Origin: Idiomarina loihiensis L2TR
GTDB lineage: Bacteria > Pseudomonadota > Gammaproteobacteria > Enterobacterales > Alteromonadaceae
Length of the DNA stretch: 32,000 bases
Direction of reading: 5' to 3'
Assembly (NCBI RefSeq): GCF_000008465.1
Contig: NC_006512.1
Location: 1,230,001 to 1,262,000, forward strand
The notes beneath the pieces are model-generated. The model worked only from the letters and a program-made list of their open reading frames with translations. It made no database searches and was not told the DNA's origin. Positions 25,158-32,000 of this stretch are shown here, piece after piece. Positions within the stretch are counted from its first letter, which is position 1. Every line of letters starts with the position of its first letter. A program made the position numbers and the translations under genes.

Positions 25158-27869
25158 TTAGAAGCGGAAGCCAACACGTGCATACCAGTATTGACCCGCT
25201 GTATCGTAAGAGGTGTTCAACGTATTCATATCGTTGTTGTTCGATACGTACGGAGGTTGCTTGTCGAACAAGTTACGAATACCCAGCGTAAAGGTTGTCT
25301 CTGAATTAAAGAAGTAAGACGCTTGCATGTCATGGTAGATGTAACTACCTACTGAGCTGCTCAAGTCGCTGCTATCGTAGTTGACATCATCAACTCCAGA
25401 TTGGAATCGTGAGATCCAAGTGACAGCAACATCCTCAACTTTATAAGACGCGGTGAAGTTAGTACGCCATTTTGAGAAAGCAGCGATACGACCTGCGAAG
25501 TTAGAATCAGCACCGAAATTACCGGCGAGTTCCAAGGGAGCAGCACCTTCCTGAACCTGATAGTTATAGTCCTTCAGGTATGTACCATCAAGACGCAAGT
25601 TTAGAAGGCCTCCGGCAACTTCATCATTCCAGTTAACGTCAAAATCAATACCAGACGTTTCAAACGTTGAAATGTTTTGAGTCGTTGCATCGGTACCAGC
25701 TAACGTACCCTGCGCATCGCGATAATCAGAAGAAGGCCAGCTTTTCGTATCAACGGCCTCTGGTCCTAGAATTAAATCGCATGATGCAGAAGAAAAGTTT
25801 TCACTTGTGTAACACTGCTCAGCAATCAAGCTTATATCTGGTGCGCCGATGCCGTTTTCAATTTCGATATCGTAGTAGTCGATAGCGACATTTAAATTAT
25901 CCATAAACTCTGGTTGATAAACTACACCCAGCGTGAAGCTATCAGAAGTTTCTGGTTTCAGATCTGCATTTCCAGATAAAATGGTTGCTGACTGGCTAGT
26001 TTTGGGAGTGAAATCACTATCTAACCCATCGGCCTTACAGTTAGCATCCAGAATATCATTGCTGCTGTCGCCATACTCAGTGCAGGGATCAACGTACCTA
26101 GAGAATGAAATAACCTGAGGACTGTTCAAGTTATCAATAGTGGGGGCACGAAACCCTTCCGCGATAGTTGCACGCACCAATAAACCATCTTTAGGAACGT
26201 ACTCAAGACCAAATTTAGTAGTAGTTTGTGCGTCGAGGAAGTTGTAATCGGAACGTCTTACAGCAGCCGATAAATCTAAAGATTGTACACCGGGTAAATC
26301 ACGCAGTAGTGGTGCATCTACCTCAATATAAGCTTCTTCCACATCATACGAGCCTTCTGATGGAATACCTGGCGTGCTATAAATCTGACCAATCGCGGCG
26401 GCACCGTCTGGTTGGTTTTCATAAGATTCCCAGCGTTTTTCAACACCAGCAGCCCATGCAATAGAGCCTGCAGGTAATGACCAGCTACCTGTGTCACCAG
26501 TTAAGTTCGCCATAAACTGTTTGGTGGTGCCACGAACAACAGGAGAATTGGCAATCAGAGCATAATCCATCATTTCATCAGTCAATGAATCGGCCTCGAA
26601 AGGGTTCCATATTCCCGGACACTCTTCGTCGCTATTGCAAAGTTCTTCATCAAGCAACGTATTGAAACGTGTACGGTTTGCTTGATTATACTCTACCGTT
26701 GTATCTACATAACGAGCATAATTATATGAAATATCCCAGGACCAACCGTTATCCAGGTAGCCTTCGAAACCTAATACCATTCGATAATCTGAGAAGTCCT
26801 GTGTATATTCCCGGCCACCAGTTTCAGTCAGTCGACGGTAAACCGATAGGTCTTTTCCAGTTTTATTATATTCAAAGTCCGCGTCAACTGGCGCGCCCCA
26901 AAAAGTACCTGTTGGCGCTAATAGCTGATTAGATTGACGATTCGCGTAACCACCCTCTAAGAACACGCGTAAATCGCGAGTAATATCGTAATTAGCTACC
27001 GCGTTAATGGTAAATAGTTCTTGTGGTGATTTTAAGTAAGAATCAGTTGCGTAGTTATAACCGTCTTTTTGCGCATTAAACAAACGCTGTTCACCAGTCT
27101 GAGGGTCTAGTACGTATGTTTTCTTTTCTCCTGTTGGTACAAAAGAACCGAACTCATTTATTGTAGAACCATCAAAGACGGCCTTGCCATTTTTCTCAGC
27201 GAGCGGAATGCGTGAAAAATCACGGTCAGCCTGACCGATTGCATTACGGTTTTGGTATTCAAGACCCAAAACAACACTGCCTTTACCACTTGACGTACCA
27301 ATAACACCTGAAAGCTTAGTGGTTTCACCATCACCTTCACCAGTTAAGTCGTACTGGGCACTAAACTCCGCACCTTCAAAATCTGTCTTGGTAATAAAGT
27401 TGATAACACCGGCAATGGCGTCAGAACCGTATATAGTGGAAGCGCCGTCACGCAAAACTTCTACACGCTGAACCATAGCCATAGGAACGGCGTTCAGGTC
27501 ACCTGATGCATAGCGACGACCATTAATAAGAATGAGTGTTCTTGCACTTCCTAAACCGCGAAGGTTTGCTGTTGCGTAACCGCCAGAACCATTGTTTGTA
27601 CTGGAACCGTTCATGGCTCCGTTCATGGAAGGAAGATTATGGATAAAGTTTTCCATAGTGGTAAAACCAGAAGCTTCAATAGCTTCGGCGTCGAATACAG
27701 AAACCGGACTTGCGGTTTCCATGTCGGTACGCTTAATACGCGAACCTGTAACCTGAATGCGCTCAACATCGTTAGCGCCTGAGTCTTGTGCTGCAACAAA
27801 TGCAGGAAAGCCTAACGTCGCAGTAACAGCCAAAGCTGTTACGCTTTTACGGAAGGTATTAGTATTCAT
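25158..27869 (-). CDS. TonB-dependent outer-membrane receptor (paralogue B)
   Basis: The start chosen at the ATG at 27869 (MNTNTFRKSVTALAVTATLGFPAFVAA|QD) has GGGAG 7 nt upstream. The track's extension to 27962 lacks signal-peptide logic. Plug region ERIQVTGSRIKRTDMETASPVSV, plus ARTLILINGRR and the terminal …GFRF. Confidence 0.9.
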   Translation of the reverse strand: MNTNTFRKSVTALAVTATLGFPAFVAAQDSGANDVERIQVTGSRIKRTDMETASPVSVFDAEAIEASGFTTMENFIHNLPSMNGAMNGSSTNNGSGGYATANLRGLGSARTLILINGRRYASGDLNAVPMAMVQRVEVLRDGASTIYGSDAIAGVINFITKTDFEGAEFSAQYDLTGEGDGETTKLSGVIGTSSGKGSVVLGLEYQNRNAIGQADRDFSRIPLAEKNGKAVFDGSTINEFGSFVPTGEKKTYVLDPQTGEQRLFNAQKDGYNYATDSYLKSPQELFTINAVANYDITRDLRVFLEGGYANRQSNQLLAPTGTFWGAPVDADFEYNKTGKDLSVYRRLTETGGREYTQDFSDYRMVLGFEGYLDNGWSWDISYNYARYVDTTVEYNQANRTRFNTLLDEELCNSDEECPGIWNPFEADSLTDEMMDYALIANSPVVRGTTKQFMANLTGDTGSWSLPAGSIAWAAGVEKRWESYENQPDGAAAIGQIYSTPGIPSEGSYDVEEAYIEVDAPLLRDLPGVQSLDLSAAVRRSDYNFLDAQTTTKFGLEYVPKDGLLVRATIAEGFRAPTIDNLNSPQVISFSRYVDPCTEYGDSSNDILDANCKADGLDSDFTPKTSQSATILSGNADLKPETSDSFTLGVVYQPEFMDNLNVAIDYYDIEIENGIGAPDISLIAEQCYTSENFSSASCDLILGPEAVDTKSWPSSDYRDAQGTLAGTDATTQNISTFETSGIDFDVNWNDEVAGGLLNLRLDGTYLKDYNYQVQEGAAPLELAGNFGADSNFAGRIAAFSKWRTNFTASYKVEDVAVTWISRFQSGVDDVNYDSSDLSSSVGSYIYHDMQASYFFNSETTFTLGIRNLFDKQPPYVSNNNDMNTLNTSYDTAGQYWYARVGFRF

Positions 27870-28161
27870 TAAAATTACTCCCTGGAACATTATTTTTGAG
27901 TTGCTTGATTGGCGAAAGCAACCTGAAACCGATGGTAGCCTGACTACTAATTGTTCGACCACCCGTTTTCGGTAACAACCTTTTAACGCTGTAAGGAGTT
28001 CATTTCAATAGGCACTTAGGTCTTTTCTTATAGCGCCGGAACTGACTGCTCAAAAAATAACCTTGACGCCTATTAAGCATTCTTTTTTATTAATAAAATT
28101 AACGAATGTATCTATAAAAAACACATATGTTTACTAATTGTAAAATGTTGATTTTAATGAA

Positions 28162-28809
28162 TTAATCAATACTTTTTATTAACAAATTTAAAGGAGATTT
28201 AGACATGTTGAACCCGTAACATTGCGCCAAAAAAAGCTCAGCGCAAGCAACGGTATCGGTCAGTGCATGGTGAGCATGATAATCAGGTAAGTTGTAGCGT
28301 TTACGACAGGCACTAAGAGCCAGTTGGCCGCCGTAAATAGGTTGATGAGGGTTGCGTTCAAGCTTATGTTTTTCGAACGCTAAGGTGTCGAATATAGCCA
28401 GGGGTTTAAAAGGTATACCGTACTGCGCTTCTATATGTTTCAGAAAACGCCAGTCCATACCTTTGTGGTGACAAACTAACACGGCATCATTCAAAGCACG
28501 GCTTAACATAGCAAAGGTTTGTTTAGGCTCGGAGCTATGCAGAAAGTCTTGCCTGGTTAAACCATGAATGGTCGGGCTCTGGCCGAGTTCAAGCTCTTGT
28601 CCGTGAGCGAAAACATGATACTGAGCGTTACCCAGGTGCATCACAGGCGGATGAATGCTCATCCAGGCAATCGATAAAATTTGATGTTTTTTCGGATCCA
28701 GTCCGGTGCTCTCAATGTCTAGCGCCACGTATCGCAGGCTTTGCCACGGCTGTTTTAACTTCTGTCGCCTGTCGTACCAATGAGCAAGTTTTTGCAGCCA
28801 CTGAGACAT
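28162..28809 (-). CDS. DEDDh 3'-5' exonuclease (DnaQ/epsilon-like domain protein)
   Basis: 215 aa with Exo I VALDIESTGLD, Exo II …HHKGMDWRFL and Exo III HHALTDTVACAELF. It starts 2 nt after the upstream stop. Confidence 0.8.
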   Translation of the reverse strand: MSQWLQKLAHWYDRRQKLKQPWQSLRYVALDIESTGLDPKKHQILSIAWMSIHPPVMHLGNAQYHVFAHGQELELGQSPTIHGLTRQDFLHSSEPKQTFAMLSRALNDAVLVCHHKGMDWRFLKHIEAQYGIPFKPLAIFDTLAFEKHKLERNPHQPIYGGQLALSACRKRYNLPDYHAHHALTDTVACAELFLAQCYGFNMSKSPLNLLIKSID

Positions 28810-28811
28810 AA

Positions 28812-30644
28812 TTAGTACCCTTGCCGGCTAAACTTCAGACCAACGCCTTGTTGCGCTTCTTTTATAATTTTAAAAGCGGTCTTTAACTGGCGCCTTGAAA
28901 GCGTGCTCAGTTCATCAGGGTCTATGGCATTCTTTGGTTTGTCGCTGCCCCATACTTTTAACTGATGGTTCAACCTGAGCTGCGTCAAAAACTCCCAGGC
29001 TTCCAGTAGTGACTGGTTATCGCGACGATTTAACAAGCGGCTACCTTTTAACGCGTTTAAACGTGCAGCAGTGCCTGGTGACGTAATTCCGGCCTGCAAT
29101 GAGTAAATACGTGCTATATCATTAATTAATGCAATGCCGTAACGTTTAATATCTATGGTATCGCCGTCATCGGTATCCTCTGTGCGTAAGCGGTTAAACA
29201 ACCCTAAAGGTACGGCTATGCGGTTAACCAGAATGGCTAGATTTCCCAGAAACATTTCATTCTTCGCTAAGCTCGCAATCTGTTCGCGGTATTCTTGATA
29301 AAATTTCCCCGGGCCAACAACCGGCCTGCTGTCAAAAAATATCTGACAATACATAAGTGCTTTTGGTGTCGGGCTTTCAATCCAGTTCCGGAAACGTTCC
29401 TTCCATTGGTTAATGGTCCCCCGGCACTCAGGATTAGATGCCATAATATTTCCGGGGCAAGATGGGATACCACACTCATTCAACCCTTCGCAGACGTAAT
29501 TTCCTAAACCGGCAAACCAGTCTTTTTGCTTATCGGACAAACCATTGCTAAGCAAAAGACCGTTGTCCTGATCTGAACTTAAAGTTTGATCTTCTCTGCC
29601 CTGTGAGCCAAATGCTAACCAGCTATAAGCGGCTGGTGCGGCGCCGTTTTCCTGCTCATACAGCTGTATTAGCTGACGTGTCATGCCGTCAGTAACCGAT
29701 GCCATAAGCCGACCTAAAACAGATGTTTGCTTTACGCGGCTGGCAAAGGTCTGTAGATATTCCGGAAGCTTCTGCGCTTCCTCTATTAATTGAGACTTAC
29801 TACCTGCCTTACGAATGGCACTAATCAGAAAGACTGGATCGCTGCGTTGCTGACGAATTAAGTCGGTTGCCGTTACCATCCCTACGGGTTGGTTCTGGTC
29901 ATTAACCACCGGTAAGTGATGAATATTACTGGAGGTCATAGTGGTTAACGCATCCATTAACGAGCGATTTTCGTAAACCGATTCCGGCAGTTGTGTCATT
30001 ACCGACGAAACGCGCACATCCAGCGGTAAGCCTTCAGCCACTACCCGGTTTCTTAAGTCTCTGTCCGTTAAAATACCGACCAATTGGGTGTCATCAACGA
30101 CCAAAACAGACGATATACCATGGCTAGCCATTAACTTAGCCGCTTCTTGCACTGACGTGCTGCTGGATAAACTAACCGGAGGCATGGACACAACACTGCC
30201 AACTGTCTGCTCACTCCAGTCACTATCAGTGCCGTCATCACTTTTTTGTTCCGTTAATAAACGTTGACCATGAGCCCTTATAAAGTACTGCTCGAAAGAT
30301 TTTGACACATTGCGAAGCCGATCAAACGCCGACTGTGGCAACACATAAACAATACCGTCTTCTATCGCCTGTAATTTATTAACCACTTCACGGCCTGATA
30401 GCAAAGACGGATAGCCAAACAAATCGCCGCTTTCCAAACGCTCTATCAGCCGCCCGTCTGCCCCTCTTAAATCAAAAACACCTGAGCGCACGATGAACAG
30501 AGCCGGCTTCATATCTTTTAATATATCGTTGCAGTTCTGATCATTCATATAAACCGACGGCAACTGCGATACAGCCCAGCTTCTTTGCTCTTCCGCTAAC
30601 GTATCAAAAGGAGGGCAGTCTTTTAGAAATGAATTAACTTCCAT
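28812..30644 (-). CDS. cNMP-binding / tandem CBS / DUF294 nucleotidyltransferase protein
   Basis: The start chosen is the ATG at 30644 (MEVNSFLKD…). Domains: a cNMP-binding-like N-terminus (…GDLFGYPSLLSG…), a CBS pair (…GISSVLVVDD…GILTDRDL…) and a pol-beta NTase motif FGSQGREDQTLSSDQDNGLL, followed by a helical DUF294_C-like tail. Confidence 0.8.
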   Translation of the reverse strand: MEVNSFLKDCPPFDTLAEEQRSWAVSQLPSVYMNDQNCNDILKDMKPALFIVRSGVFDLRGADGRLIERLESGDLFGYPSLLSGREVVNKLQAIEDGIVYVLPQSAFDRLRNVSKSFEQYFIRAHGQRLLTEQKSDDGTDSDWSEQTVGSVVSMPPVSLSSSTSVQEAAKLMASHGISSVLVVDDTQLVGILTDRDLRNRVVAEGLPLDVRVSSVMTQLPESVYENRSLMDALTTMTSSNIHHLPVVNDQNQPVGMVTATDLIRQQRSDPVFLISAIRKAGSKSQLIEEAQKLPEYLQTFASRVKQTSVLGRLMASVTDGMTRQLIQLYEQENGAAPAAYSWLAFGSQGREDQTLSSDQDNGLLLSNGLSDKQKDWFAGLGNYVCEGLNECGIPSCPGNIMASNPECRGTINQWKERFRNWIESPTPKALMYCQIFFDSRPVVGPGKFYQEYREQIASLAKNEMFLGNLAILVNRIAVPLGLFNRLRTEDTDDGDTIDIKRYGIALINDIARIYSLQAGITSPGTAARLNALKGSRLLNRRDNQSLLEAWEFLTQLRLNHQLKVWGSDKPKNAIDPDELSTLSRRQLKTAFKIIKEAQQGVGLKFSRQGY

Positions 30645-30705
30645 GGCTAATCCTAATTTATAGAGAAGCAAATTTCAGTTTTGTGTATTAACTTGAGTTA
30701 GTCAA

Positions 30706-30731
30706 TAAAAAGCCCAGCACTAGGCTGGGCT
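30706..30731 (-). terminator. Rho-independent terminator after actP
   Basis: The minus strand reads AGCCCAGC-ctagt-GCTGGGCT followed by TTTTT, 20 nt after the actP stop. Confidence 0.65.
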
Positions 30732-30750
30732 TCAATTAGGATACATCTCG

Positions 30751-32000
30751 TTAGTGAGGCTTAGCTTCACCGGACCCTTTTGGATACCGTATAGACTCAA
30801 CCAGTTCCTGAATTTCTTCCGGAGCGTCACCAGTAAACTTATGCACGACAACTGCTACAACAAAGTTGATGATCATGCCTAAGGTCCCAATACCCTCAGG
30901 GGAAATTCCGAATAACCAGTTTTCTTGAGTATTCAGCTCGGGAGCGACGAACTTGAAGTACACGATATAACTGAAGGTAAACAGTATACCCACAACCATA
31001 CCAGCTATCGCTCCTGTGCTGTTCATACGTTTATGGAATACACCCATGATTATCGCAGGGAAGAAGCTTGCTGCGGCTAAGCCGAAGGCAAAAGCGACCA
31101 CCTGCGCCACGAAGCCGGGCGGGTATATACCAAAGTAGACTGAGATGACAATTGCCGTCGCAGCTGCAACCCTGGCATATAACAACTCCTGCTTATCCGT
31201 TATATTCGGCGCCAAATTTCGTTTCAGTAAGTCGTGCGAAACGGAGGTTGATATAACCAGTAGAAGGCCTGCTGACGTAGAAAGTGCTGCGGCAACACCA
31301 CCTGCTGCAACCAAAGCGACAACCCAGGCCGGCAATTCGCCAATTTCAGGATTCGCCAATACCATGATGTCACGGTCAATGGTCATTTCATTGCGTTCAT
31401 CACCTGAGTAAAACATTTTGCCGTCGTTGTTGTTGTCTTCCCACGTGATAAGACCTGTTTTTTCCCAGTTTTTAATCCAGCTTGGGGCGTTATCGTATTC
31501 AACACCTTGTAGGTCTGGGCCATTGATGGTGTTGAAAATATTTACTTTAGCAAACGAAGCAATAGTCGGTGCTGTTAAGTAAACCACTGAAATAAATGTC
31601 AGAGCCCAGAAAGCTGAACGGCGTGCATCACGTACTTTCGGTACTGTAAAGAAACGCACGATAACGTGAGGCAGACCAGCGGTACCTACCATCAATGCTG
31701 CAGTAATGAAGAACACATCAACTTTACTTCGCACACCTTCAGTGTATTCGGCGAAACCTAGCTCGGTCGATAATCCATCCAGTCGTTCAAGTAAGAACTG
31801 TCCCGAGCCTGGAACCCCGTCAGCTATTGTGGCGCCAAATCCCGTCTGCGGCAGTACGTGACCGGTCATCATTAAAGACAAGAATACCGCAGGCACTATG
31901 TAAGCAAACATCAATACAATATATTGTGCTACCTGAGTGTAGGTTATCCCTTTCATACCACCCAATACGGTATAAAAGAATACGATTATCGCACCAATGA
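30751..32000 (-). CDS. actP: Cation/acetate symporter ActP (SSF family); N-terminus lies outside the window
   Basis: The frame stays open to position 32000 (…IGAIIVFFYTVLGGMKGITYTQVAQYIVL…). It is polytopic, with ActP-typical motifs and the C-terminal tail …ESIRYPKG. Confidence 0.85.
   Translation of the reverse strand, partial: IGAIIVFFYTVLGGMKGITYTQVAQYIVLMFAYIVPAVFLSLMMTGHVLPQTGFGATIADGVPGSGQFLLERLDGLSTELGFAEYTEGVRSKVDVFFITAALMVGTAGLPHVIVRFFTVPKVRDARRSAFWALTFISVVYLTAPTIASFAKVNIFNTINGPDLQGVEYDNAPSWIKNWEKTGLITWEDNNNDGKMFYSGDERNEMTIDRDIMVLANPEIGELPAWVVALVAAGGVAAALSTSAGLLLVISTSVSHDLLKRNLAPNITDKQELLYARVAAATAIVISVYFGIYPPGFVAQVVAFAFGLAAASFFPAIIMGVFHKRMNSTGAIAGMVVGILFTFSYIVYFKFVAPELNTQENWLFGISPEGIGTLGMIINFVVAVVVHKFTGDAPEEIQELVESIRYPKGSGEAKPH

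Noticed and set aside
13424-28161. Riboswitches (cobalamin, TPP) or Fur boxes upstream of the three TonB-dependent receptor genes.
   Set aside because: I could not find the B12-box, the TPP CUGAGA / ACCUGAUCUGGAUAAUGCCAGCG-like cores, or a good match to GATAATGATAATCATTATC in 13424-13631, 23981-24140 or 27870-28161. A covariance-model or PWM scan would be needed for a definitive negative.
28162-30644. The DUF294 NTase plus exonuclease pair as a CBASS- or retron-like anti-phage defence system.
   Set aside because: There is no effector-type gene (phospholipase, TIR, pore-former or endonuclease) and no neighbouring defence or mobile genes. The pair has tight, reportedly conserved linkage to acetate-utilisation genes. 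A housekeeping regulatory role is more plausible.
125-31411. Many 60-116-aa ORFs in the six-frame track lie nested in or antisense to larger genes. Examples: 125-322, 980-1186, 2055-2255, 2975-3205, 3632-4104, 4279-4491, 4580-4807, 5019-5487, 6766-7065, 7150-7338, 7588-8188, 8342-9189, 11017-11217, 11368-12287, 12937-13442, 15881-16162, 17008-17256, 18065-18250, 19601-20911, 21031-21222, 21624-23911, 25017-27975, 29267-29507 and 31145-31411.
   Set aside because: Each overlaps a long ORF with clear family motifs on the same or opposite strand. They lack SD sequences, signal logic or recognisable motifs, and have the skewed compositions (Arg/Ser/Cys-rich) typical of out-of-frame translation. 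I treat them as spurious.
1-32000. CRISPR arrays, rRNA genes, insertion sequences, integrons or prophage remnants.
   Set aside because: No regularly spaced direct repeats, no transposase, integrase or phage-structural ORFs, and no rRNA-like sequence were seen. All non-coding gaps are under 300 nt.

Overview
The window looks like chromosome from a marine gammaproteobacterium (Alteromonadales/Vibrio-like). This is inferred from the flgP/flgT H-ring genes and three TonB-dependent receptors. Layout: (1) 76-3437, flagellar auxiliary genes flgA-flgM-flgN-flgP-flgT on the + strand, with hand-readable sigma28 and sigma54 promoters, ending at tRNA-Arg(CCT) at 3478-3554. (2) 3561-13423, a co-directional minus-strand block. 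It holds a TonB-dependent receptor, a RelE/Phd toxin-antitoxin pair, and a six-gene operon packed with overlapping stop/start codons: a DedA-FAD disulfide reductase fusion, a YnjBCD-like ABC importer, a CDP-alcohol phosphatidyltransferase and a fatty-acid hydroxylase. (3) 13632-17296, an AraC regulator followed by AhpD-like, DoxX-like, DUF547 and DUF1499 genes. (4) 17355-18594, two tandem FlgO-like paralogues behind a perfect sigma28 promoter, about 14 kb from flgP/flgT. (5) 18596-28161, a visibly AT-richer block with a Cys-motif secreted protein, an S9 peptidase, two paralogous TonB-dependent receptors and a methyltransferase. (6) 28162-32000, a cNMP/CBS/DUF294 nucleotidyltransferase plus DEDDh exonuclease pair next to a truncated actP. 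I found no CRISPR array, rRNA, integrase, transposase or recognisable phage-defence system. The best candidates for undescribed biology are the coupled lipid/transport operon at 3561-10499, the detached sigma28-driven FlgO-like pair, and the DUF294-exonuclease module. All functional assignments rest on remembered family motifs, not database searches. Coordinates of small motifs were indexed by hand and may be off by 1-2 nt.
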